Assembly (NCBI GenBank): GCA_030141605.1
Contig: JAQGDQ010001604.1
Span: 1-32,785 of the forward strand
DNA: 32,785 nt
Source of the DNA: Tubiluchus corallicola
Lineage: Eukaryota > Animalia > Priapulida
Direction: 5' to 3'
Below the pieces are notes generated by a model. The model did not search any database. It saw nothing but the letters and a program-made list of their open reading frames with translations, and was not told where the DNA came from. Position numbers and translations under genes: made by a program. Below are positions 23,913-32,785 of the stretch, one piece after another (the stretch's first letter is position 1; each line of letters begins with the position of its first letter).

Positions 23913-24066
23913 TTATTATCCTCATGTTCTAGAATATCCAGAAATGTAGTGACTTCATCCATTATCTTGCTCTCCAGCGTGAACCTTCCCATCCCAAAAT
24001 CTCTCAGACAGTGAAGAGAAAAACGCCTCTGCTCTTTCCATGGATTGCCTTCGTTGAATAGCACAC
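23913..24066 (-). CDS. CYP2: Cytochrome P450 exon 2 (C helix); 3' boundary assumes a GA donor
   Basis: VLFNEGNPWKEQRRFSLHCLRDFGMGRFTLESKIMDE (WxxxR, LRDFGMG). cttctag|GT acceptor (phase 1). The phase-2 end AA|gaaagt is inferred. Confidence 0.88.
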
Positions 24067-24273
24067 CTAGAAGGTAGAGTGAGCGACAGATGACGTCAAG
24101 AAAGTGTACAGGTAAAGTGTGTAAACTATTTAAAGTGTTAATTAACATATTTTACGTATGTTGTGCAAGTTTGTCTTTGTCAGAAAAAGCCAAGTTTCAA
24201 AATTTAATTTGGACCATTTTTTCGAATTAGCTAACGGTAGTCTTTTCCAAGATTTGCCAAATATCACTCACTT

Positions 24274-24465
24274 GTTTGTTCGTTCATTCATTCATTCATT
24301 CATTCATTCGTTAATTCGTTCGTTCGTTCGTTCGCCCTCCGTCCGTCCGTTCGTTCGTTCGTTCGTTCGTTCATTCATTCATTCATTCATTCATTAATTC
24401 ATTCATTCATTCATTCATTCAGTAGGTAAGTCAGCTGATCAGTAAGTCGGTCGGTCGGTCAGTCA

Positions 24466-24502
<37 letters not shown>

Positions 24503-24537
24503 TCAGTCAGTCAGTCAGTCAGTCAGTCAGTCAGTCA
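24274..24537. repeat. Compound tetranucleotide array (TTCA/TTCG/GTCG/GTCA/GCCA) in CYP intron 1
   Basis: Direct reading. Confidence 0.95.
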
Positions 24538-24594
24538 CCCAATTTTCCTGAGTAACAGTGGAAGTGCAAAAACAATTTCAGTTTGGACTCTTAC

Positions 24595-24931
24595 CTTTAG
24601 TTAGATTATCTGTATAATAATCAAACAGAGTAGTTTTCGGGCGTCCAGAAAATTCTTCCCTTGACAGACCTTCCTTGATGAGTTTAAGATCATTAAGAAC
24701 AATACATAATAATGAACCCAGCTTCACATGGAATATCCGTCCATAAATCTTCGCCCATTCTGTGAACTGCACATGCGTGTCTGGGCTCACCCAGGGTAGA
24801 GAGCCAAAAACGGGCAGGCGAGCCCACTTTGGACCAGGCGGTACTCCGTCTGGAATGTCACTGTTTAAATTCACGAAATACCAGGCAACCAAAAACACAA
24901 GGCAAAAAACAAGTGCTGTAACGACATCCAT
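24595..24931 (-). CDS. CYP2: Cytochrome P450 exon 1 (ER anchor, proline-rich hinge)
   Basis: MDVVTALVFCLVFLVAWYF...PPGP...LPVFGSL...YGRIF...FSGRP. G|gtaaga donor, phase 1. The six exons total 1482 nt (493 aa plus stop). Confidence 0.94.
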
Positions 24932-25319
24932 ATTTCGTGCAGGTAGCTGATCAAATAGGCACGTTGGTAGAGTTTGTACGTCAAAGGTTGAGTTACCACT
25001 AATCTGTCGAGCGACTAAAGCAAATATAAGGTGGCGTTTAAAGAAAATGGGTGTATTTTTTTCAATACCCAGACTAATTAGTTAATATTCTGAGTAAGAT
25101 AAACGAACTAGAATTATGACTATATGCAGGCGACAAAACAACGCGTAATAATTTGCTACACATTAATTACCTAACAAAGCATTAAGGCACATTTTTTTTC
25201 TCAAGTTCGCCACCCCTTCCCTAAGCCTTGGGTAATCATACTCTCCCAGATACAGCAGCACCTTAATGATATTCATAGAGTTTGTGTTTTGTAGGGCGAC
25301 CCTGGAGCATGAATTTCCT

Positions 25320-25440
25320 CACAGCGTTCTGCAAAGAGCATTCTTGAATTTCAGGTAAAGTGTCTAAGAGTGAATTCAATGCACTTCACGGCAACTCATT
25401 CCAAATTTTGCTTCAAGGCTTTGAAACGACATAAACGATG
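25320..25440 (-). mobile_element. Decayed CR1/L2-group LINE C-terminal remnant
   Basis: Minus strand reads *SKIWNELP* followed by a frameshifted KFKNALL, resembling WN.LP...Fk..l. Confidence 0.35.
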
Positions 25441-25944
25441 AACTAAAATTATTCAGCCAATTCAAAAATTTAAAAAGAAATGTAAAGCAATGATTTTCAA
25501 TAAACACAATACTTTTTAATATCCTACACGTATTGCAGTTGTCATACCACAACCCCCGGACAAATTATGCATAAAATGCATCATTGAAAAATCTTTAGAG
25601 CTGATGTCAACATCGCACAATCTACTATCTTTCCTCCTATCATTTCCACTAACACATCCTTCTACCCTTCCTGGGTGATCTAACCTTTCTCCCAGTTCTT
25701 TTTTTTTGTACACTCATCCATTCTTTTTTTCGCGGGTTCACATGACAGTGGGCTTATACAAGCCTTTGCTTCTCTAGCCCACTGCAGTACAATTGTTCTT
25801 TTATGATAACGATAGTGTACGAAACATAATAATTTATTACAGTATGAAGTAACAATTTTGATGTCACCATGCATTGAATGTCACCATACTTTGACTGAAT
25901 GTGATAATGATAAAAACTACAAAAAAACGTAAAAAACTTCAGTG

Positions 25945-25950
25945 TTTATT
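25945..25950 (-). promoter_or_regulatory. Candidate polyadenylation signal of the kinase gene
   Basis: AATAAA on the minus strand about 66 nt after the stop. Weak evidence in AT-rich DNA. Confidence 0.35.
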
Positions 25951-26015
25951 GTTGACATAATAATATATTGATTGCACTATCGCATTACACTGCTGTCAAC
26001 ACTCATTAAATTAAT

Positions 26016-26759
26016 TCAGGTATTTCTATTTAAAATTTTTACTTGAATGGAGCGAAGTTCTTCTATGACGTCACTTGGCCAAGCTCTTTCTTTTGGATCC
26101 TTCTTTTTACAAATCTCAACAATCGGTTTCATTAATTTTACCCAGAGAGTATTTGATTTTTGAGGATTCAGTATCGCAAGACACACACTTGGTATCTTCC
26201 AAACGTCATTTTTGATTTTCATTTCCCGCTGTTGTTCATGACACATTGATGTCTTGCAGTCTGTCTCCTTGAAATACCTCACTTCTGGGGCTTGGAATCT
26301 GTGATCTTTTACGAACTCGTCGCCATCGCGCAGACATTTAACACCCATCTTCTGTATGTCATCTAGATCAGCGAGCACCAGTCTCATGTCATCTGACACA
26401 ACGTATTGTGATAGCAGCTTGTACTTCTCACACGCATCACAAAGGTACAAATCGCGAGAATGAAGGTACAGTAGGATATCCACATAGTCAATGCACAACT
26501 GTAGACGTCTTTTAGCTGCATCTGGTGCCACGTGCGGATCAACGCTGGGGAAGCGATCACCCAAATCCAGCAAGCTGCCTAGTCTGTGGTATTCCACCAT
26601 TATGATGTGTCTTTTCTTGCAAAAGCCCAATGTTTGAAGAATTCGCGGATGTGGCGGCAACATGGAGTAGTGGTCGAAGACAGAATCAGAAAAGTGCCTT
26701 ACACCACTTCTTAGTTGCAGTAAACCAATGGTATGGTTTTTCCAACTGCCCTTGATTAG
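26016..26759 (-). CDS. POMK: Protein O-mannose kinase-like (POMK/SgK196-PKDCC family) kinase, last exon
   Basis: LGFC...VEYHRLGSL...RLQLCIDYVDILLYLH...LCD...KLLSQYVV...ADLDD...APE...DVWKIP...CKKKDPKER parallels POMK (EYHPLGSL, DYVSIINYLH, MCD, TLSQYLL, NDLD, DIWKIP). ttactttcag|CTA acceptor, phase 0. Confidence 0.88.
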   Translation of the reverse strand, partial: LIKGSWKNHTIGLLQLRSGVRHFSDSVFDHYSMLPPHPRILQTLGFCKKRHIIMVEYHRLGSLLDLGDRFPSVDPHVAPDAAKRRLQLCIDYVDILLYLHSRDLYLCDACEKYKLLSQYVVSDDMRLVLADLDDIQKMGVKCLRDGDEFVKDHRFQAPEVRYFKETDCKTSMCHEQQREMKIKNDVWKIPSVCLAILNPQKSNTLWVKLMKPIVEICKKKDPKERAWPSDVIEELRSIQVKILNRNT

Positions 26760-26908
26760 CTGAAAGTAAGCGCAGTGCACATTACGTACTGCCTTCTCTT
26801 AATTACTTTATATGACAATATCTTCTTCAATTAATTTTGGTAAATCGGTTTCTTATCTTGTTACGAATTTTAATCGTATCAATGACGAGGGGAACTCGAC
26901 GAATTTTG

Positions 26909-28110
26909 GAACACAGTACCATATAGTAAAATAGCAATAGTTTAATTTGTTAGAATTTAGATTTATTTTTATTTTTGAACACAGTGCCATATAATAAAAT
27001 AACAATTGTTTAATTTCTCAGAATTTAGAATTTTTTATTTTTGGACACAGTACTACAAAATAAAATAACAATTGTTTAATTTCTTAGAATTTAGAAATTT
27101 ATTTTTGAACACAGTACCATATAATAAAATACCAACTGTTTCATTTCATAGAATTTAGATTTTTTTATTTTTGAACACAGTACCTTATAGTAAAATAACA
27201 ATTGTTTAATTTCTTAGTGTTTAGAATTTTTTACTTTTGAACACAGTACGTTATAGTAAAATAACAATTGTTTAATTTCTTAGTGTTTAGAATTTTTTAT
27301 TTTTGAACACAGTACCTTATAGTAAAATAACAATTGTTTAATTTCTTAGTGTTTAGAATTTTTTATTTTTGAACACAGTACCTTATAGTAAAATAACAAT
27401 TGTTTAATTTCTTAGTGTTTAGAATTTTTTACTTTTGAACACAGTACGTTATAGTAAAATAACAATTGTTTAATTTCTTAGTGTTTAGAATTTTTTATTT
27501 TTGAACACAGGACCTTATAGTAAAATAACAATTGTTTAATTTCTTAGTGTTTAGAATTTTTTATTTTTGAACACAGTACCTTATAGTAAAATAACAATTG
27601 TTTAATTTCTTAGTGTTTAGAATTTTTTATTTTTGAACACAGTACCTTATAGTAAAATAACAATTGTTTAATTTCTTAGTGTTTAGATTTTTTTATTTTT
27701 GAACACAGTACGTTATAGTAAAATAACAATTGTTTAATTTCTTGGTGTTTAGAATTTTTTATTTTTGAACACAGTACCTTATAGTAAAATAACAATTGTT
27801 TAATTTCTTAGTGTTTAGAATTTTTTATTTTTGAACACAGTACGTTATAGTAAAATAACAATTGTTTAATTTCTTAGTGTTTAGAATTTTTTATTTTTGA
27901 ACACAGTACCTTATAGTAAAATAACAATTGTTTAATTTCTTAGTGTTTAGAATTTTTTATTTTTGAACACAGTACCTTATAGTAAAATAACAATTGTTTA
28001 ATTTCTTAGTGTTTAGAATTTTTTATTTTTGAACACAGTACCTTATAGTAAAATAACAATTGTTTAATTTCTTAGTGTTTAGAATTTTTGTTTTATTTTT
28101 GAGCACAGTA
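26909..28110. repeat. 66-bp tandem repeat, about 18 copies, in kinase intron
   Basis: Unit GAACACAGTACCTTATAGTAAAATAACAATTGTTTAATTTCTTAGTGTTTAGAATTTTTTATTTTT. Confidence 0.97.
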
Positions 28111-28721
28111 CAGTATAGAGAACATTTAATAATTTTGATAACATAATAAGCTTCAAACTAAACAGGCACATGGAGAGATACTTACAAGGGTGCAGAAGAA
28201 TAAAATTAAAGGGGAATTAAGAAAATATAATTACTTTACAAGCGTTTAAACTCAAGAATTACACATTAGCAAGTGTCATGACTGATCAAAGATTACTCGC
28301 AACATTTAAGCACAAATGATACGGACTATGCAAGATGAATAGAATGAATGCCTTGTTTACATGTGATATTAGAGATTCTAGATAATTCGTCACCATAATT
28401 GGAAAATAAGAAAGGTGCCAAAATACTGCCTTGACAAAAGCCGTACGAAAGGAAGCACAGTTAAAAAACATTTACCCCAGCGTATAGTAATACATCGGAG
28501 TACCAGCATTTGGAGAGATTAACAGTTTTTTGTAAGAACATTTCTATTTTTAAACTTATGAAAAATCAGTTGATCGTTGATTCTTTCAAAAGCTTTACTG
28601 TGTCAGCAAAATGAATAAAAATAAGGCTCGACAGCTCAAAAGCATTTCCTTTAAAAACAAAGATGAGTTCTAGAGATGTCGTTTTTACAGCCAAACTGCG
28701 ATGCTGTAAGACCAAATAAGC

Positions 28722-28961
28722 CCACATTTTAGCCATACTTTAGCCACATTTTAGTCATATTTTAGCCATATTTCAGTCATATTTTAGTCATATCTTAGCC
28801 ATATTTTAGTCATATTTTAGCCATATTTTAGCCATATTTTAGCCATAGTTTAGCCATATTTTAGTCATATTTTAGCCATATTTTAGGCACATTATACCCA
28901 TATTTTAGCCATATTTTAGTCATATTTTAGCCATATTTTAGGCACATTTAGCCATATTTTT
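28722..28961. repeat. 11-bp minisatellite (TTTTAGCCATA)n, about 22 copies
   Basis: Direct reading. Preceded by TAGAGATGTC (28671), which resembles a hAT terminus, but no partner end was found. Confidence 0.93.
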
Positions 28962-29084
28962 GCAGCCACCAATCCTCAAGATAATGATCTTATCATCACG
29001 GGTTTTATAATTTGTGCCATTGTGCAGAATAAATGAATTTATAAGCATGATATGTATGTGTGTTTGCAAACCAAAACCATCCAT

Positions 29085-29665
29085 TATAAATCGGCATAGT
29101 TATAACTATGTTATTATGCTTCAAATGTATCAGAATGTACCAAAAATTTGGTCATATGCTAAATATATTAGTCTTGTATATTGTAGCATCAAGAAAATGT
29201 TCAGGAAAATACTAAAAATCTAATTTTATAACCCCGTATCCACTTTTCTGTCTAGAAACTAGTACTGCATTTGCAAAAAACTTGCATTTTCAGACTTCCA
29301 TAGTGGAAGCAATCAGTTTCAAGTTTCTTCTATTGTCAAGCCTAGATCTTCGCCAGGAAGAGCCATCTGCTGGATTTAAGCATAACTTCAATGTGCTTTT
29401 ACAAAGTCCGTATCAACCAACATTTGTGCGGTTGCTAAGCATTTTGTAGAAACGCAACAAAAAAACCAATGGCTGACTTTAATGGTGATTTTCTCAAGAT
29501 TATGTTTTTCAGTGTGCAGCCTGCACCTCAACTTCAACGTGGATTATCTCAGCATAGAAATAACATAGAGCAATGAACTTGGTACCAAGATGATGCTTAT
29601 GAAATGGAGATTCAGGATATGCGAATAACTGGAAAAAATTGCCGATTTATAGACAATTCTACTAT
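29085..29665 (+). mobile_element. Unclassified dispersed repeat family B, copy 2
   Basis: Collinear similarity with 5650-6248. Confidence 0.8.
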
Positions 29666-29721
29666 GCAGGCACATCTGTAATCTGTAATGTGATTATCAA
29701 TGAATATAGGTAAATACTCAC

Positions 29722-29858
29722 TCGTTTCGTATAGCCCTTTGCAACACGTTGTAGCATAGTGACATTTTTCTTTAGATCGTCACATGTCAGATGGGAGGAA
29801 CATTTTTTCATTCCAGGTAGAAAGAATTGACCTCTGGCGCACTGCAAACGTTCTGTTT
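29722..29858 (-). CDS. POMK: POMK-like kinase, internal exon (Cys-containing pre-kinase segment and glycine loop)
   Basis: CARGQFFLPGMKKCSSHLTCDDLKKNVTMLQRVAKGYTKR parallels POMK CPYGHF...MKNCSPWLSCEEL...RVGEGAVKR. ttttttctag|AA acceptor (phase 1). CGA|gtgagt donor (phase 0) joins in frame to 26759. Confidence 0.87.
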
Positions 29859-30220
29859 CTAGAAAAAAGTACAACGAGTTATTTTTCATCCTTTGTAAAT
29901 AAGACGAAAATGTCCTTTCAACGGCGTTTTTGTGCTTTTTGTAACAACGGCAACAGCAAGAACGGTGTGTTGGTTGTCCGTTTGATTTAAAGACTCTAAA
30001 ATTCGCAAGAAAACCAGTATCAGAAAACCTTGTTAAAGGACAAGAAAAGAGGTACCTGAAGTAGGTTTCAGAAAAATCGCGTTAAAAAATTTCTATTGCT
30101 TTACTGGAATTTTATGCATATATCGTACTCGCGTTAAAAGGTATATTAGTTTGTTTTCGTTTTAAATCTCCCGCAATGCTGTTCCGACCGCGCCATTACA
30201 TGACGTCACTACACAAACGT

Positions 30221-31950
30221 TAATCAGTGGAAGGAAAGGAAATTTTAAGTTATGTGCTAAAAATCTTTCCATGCAAATCTATATTACTTAGCATTTCGCT
30301 TACCTGCCGGAAAGACGTATTTCTAATCTTATTGACAAGATACAGTAATTTGAAATTTTACTTAATATAATATAATGTAATGTAATGTAACGTAATGTAA
30401 CGTAATGTAATGTAATGTAATGTAACGTAACGTAACGTAACGTAACGTAACGTAACGTAACGTAACGTAACGTAACGTAACGTAACGTAACGTAACGTAA
30501 CGTAACGTAACGTAACGTAACGTAACGTAACGTAACGTAACGTAACGTAACGCAATAACGCAACACCCCAACAAACAAACAAACAAACAAACACAACATA
30601 ACATAACATAACATAACATAACATAACATAACATAACATAACATAACATAACATAACATAACATAACATAATACAACATAACATAATATAACGTAACATA
30701 ACATAACATAACATAACATAACATAACATAACATAACATAACATAACATAACATAACATAATATAATATAATATAACGTAATGTAACGTAACGTAACGTA
30801 ACATAACATAACGTAACATAATATAGCATAGCATAGCACAGCGCAGCACAGCACAGCAAAACACAACACGACACAATACAATGCAATGCAATGCAATGCA
30901 ATGCAATATAATATAATATAATATAATATAATATAATATAATATAATATAATATAATATAATATAATATAATATAATATAATATAATATAATATAATATA
31001 ATATAATATAATATAATATAATATAATATAATATAATATAACATAACATAACATAACATAACATAACATAACATAACATAATATAATATAATATAATATA
31101 ATATAATATAATATAATATAATATAATATAATGTAACGTAACGTACCGCAACGTAACGTAACGTAACATAACATAACACAACATAACATAACGTAATATA
31201 GTATAAATTATTTATTTATTTTAAGTGGGTTGACATACAGTAATGTCATTGACGGGAGTTTTTCCACTGTGCAACAAAAACATTTTAGCTGAGAACAGAT
31301 ATATATACAACTGGCTATCAAGAATATAGTTACATAGACAGTTAGTTCAGAAACACAAGTAATTCATTAATTAACACTTAAATTATCCAAACTTGTATAA
31401 AAGGACCTACCTTTAAAATGCCTGTTAATGAAGCTTATATACCAACATTTAAAACACAAGAAAATCCTCCATCTACATAAAGTTTAAAAAATTCGGTCAA
31501 GGAATGTTATACCACTTACATACTGCCTTTTTGCATACAGGGCTTGCGTCGACAGTAACGCTGTATGACACTTGTAAATTCAGACTCTCGCGATGACCGT
31601 TAGGCGCAGCCATTTTGACGATAAGTCCTTCGAAATAAGTTAAAATAACAGTGTGTAAAGTTTGAAAAAATAATCAGAGCATTCGTTACGCAAACGCCAC
31701 TAATAAAGTAAATTTTAAATTACTGTATCTTGTCAATAAGATTAAAAATACTTTTTTGGTTAGTGAGTGGCGCATCCTGGATGGTGAGTCAGCGGCATTT
31801 TACCAATTGCTGAAAACATTTTAGATAATTAATAATTTTCTTTTCTATTTACATAAGTCTTTCAAGCAGGTAAGCGAAATGCTAAATAATATAATTTTGC
31901 ATGGAAAGTTTTTATGGGACATAGTTTAACATTTCCTTTTCTTCTGATTA
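30221..31950. repeat. Pair of ~140-bp inverted repeats (30221-30363 and 31706-31950)
   Basis: AAATTACTGTATCTTGTCAATAAGATTA and GCAGGTAAGCGAAATGCTAA...TTTGCATGGAAAG occur on + at 31718-31908 and as reverse complement at 30265-30351. The right copy has an extra ~110 bp. Confidence 0.8.
30364..31200. repeat. Compound pentanucleotide array (AACGT/AATGT/AACAT/AATAT/AATGC)
   Basis: Direct reading. The long low-complexity ORFs here are artefacts. Confidence 0.97.
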
Positions 31951-32200
31951 CTGGATGCAGTTACGGATGCGTATAAGTCACGTACGCTGTTTACAACAGG
32001 AATTACATTTCCATCGAGATAATAACTGTTCGTGGGTTATTTTTACCAATATGAAGAACATTGCATTTTGGAAAAGAAATACCAAACTGCCAATAGGTGT
32101 CACTGATATTTCGTGGTGTCTCTACACTTCCAAATTTTTGTCTCAATCAACACAACCACGTCGTTAACACTGCGTGAATGTGAACACGTTTTCTACTAAC

Positions 32201-32440
32201 CAAAATCCGACCCTGGCATTGACCGGTTATGAGCCTGGCTTCTTGAAGTTGACTGGTTCTGAACCTGGCTTCCTGAAGTTGACTGGTTCTGAAACTGGCT
32301 TCCTGAAGTTGACTGGTTCTGAAACTGGTTTCTTGAACTTGACTGGTTCTGAAACTGGCTTCGTAGAGGAGGGGCAGGCTGAAGGAGCTTGGCAAATCTG
32401 ACCGTGGCTGCACCAATGTGTAAGTAAACGTAAACTGAAA
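32201..32440 (-). CDS. POMK: Probable upstream exon of the POMK-like kinase (end of TM anchor plus luminal stem with 10-aa repeats)
   Basis: ttattttcag|TT acceptor and G|gttagt donor, 240 nt, phase 1-1, open frame SVYVYLHIGAATV...QFQNQSTSGS...SDF. Joins the next exon as G|AA (Glu). Confidence 0.55.
32221..32362. repeat. 30-bp tandem repeat, about 4.7 copies
   Basis: GACTGGTTCTGAAACTGGCTTCCTGAAGTT at 32251, 32281, 32311, 32341. Confidence 0.93.
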
Positions 32441-32477
32441 CTGAAAATAACAACACTCTGTTATTACATCTACAATG

Positions 32478-32785
32478 AGCTTTTTCACAGTTGCGTTACG
32501 CGCACGAGCAGTTGCTGCAGGTCAAAGGTTAAGTGTACCACAGCAACGTGTCTTAACAACAACTGTCACGTGACATGTGGTTAAACGAAAACCGTCTACC
32601 GCATCAGTGCAGTCACTCCAGTTGTTTTACGTGGACTATACTTAATTATGCATTAGTCTGTGCATAGAGCGATTTACTAGCAGGATCTTACTTGAGAACA
32701 AGAAAAAATGAACTAGGTAAGGTTCTAGCTACCTGTTAAAACTGTAACTATGTATGTATGTACAGGCAATGTGTGAAACGTCAAA
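32478..32785. mobile_element. MITE family A copy, truncated or running off the window end
   Basis: Starts GAGCTTTTTCACAGTT and is collinear with 5081-5350. Confidence 0.8.

Noticed and set aside
25516-25874. Short ORFs vaguely like an RTE LINE C-terminus (GRVEG)
   Set aside because: Too degenerate to call by eye.
26909-28110. 66-bp period resembling CRISPR repeat+spacer length
   Set aside because: The whole unit is repeated, with no variable spacer.
29859-30081. Open frame extending upstream of the kinase exon, including ATG 29889
   Set aside because: No TM or signal segment, and a good polypyrimidine acceptor at 29859 fits the phase of the upstream exon. Not fully excluded.
30300-31189. 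Three 270-290 aa minus-strand ORFs
   Set aside because: Pentanucleotide repeat lacking stops, not protein-like.
10164-32440. GPCR + P450 + kinase as a functional gene cluster
   Set aside because: Adjacency in an animal genome is not evidence of a shared pathway without conserved synteny or co-expression data.

Overview
AT-rich, repeat-dense genomic DNA from a eukaryote, most likely an invertebrate animal (spliceosomal introns; no operons, CRISPR arrays or RNA genes seen). Three genes are supported. (1) An intronless rhodopsin-class GPCR (+, 10164-11453) whose N-terminus and start codons come from a 33-bp tandem repeat. (2) A complete six-exon clan-2 (CYP2-like) cytochrome P450 (-, 24931-16317, 493 aa) whose best model requires a non-canonical GA-AG intron 2. 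(3) A POMK/PKDCC-family secretory-pathway kinase (-, at least 3 exons, 32440-26016, 5' end outside the window). There is also an orphan, frameshifted last exon of a trypsin-like protease (6337-6641). The rest is transposon and repeat material: hAT, piggyBac-like and PIF/Harbinger-like MITEs with TIRs/TSDs, several LINE fragments (one nested in a MITE), 57/66/90/11-bp tandem arrays and compound microsatellites. I found no convincing multi-gene novel system. The best leads are the GA-AG intron, the POMK/PKDCC mosaic kinase and the repeat-built GPCR N-terminus. Family calls come from remembered motifs, not database searches.
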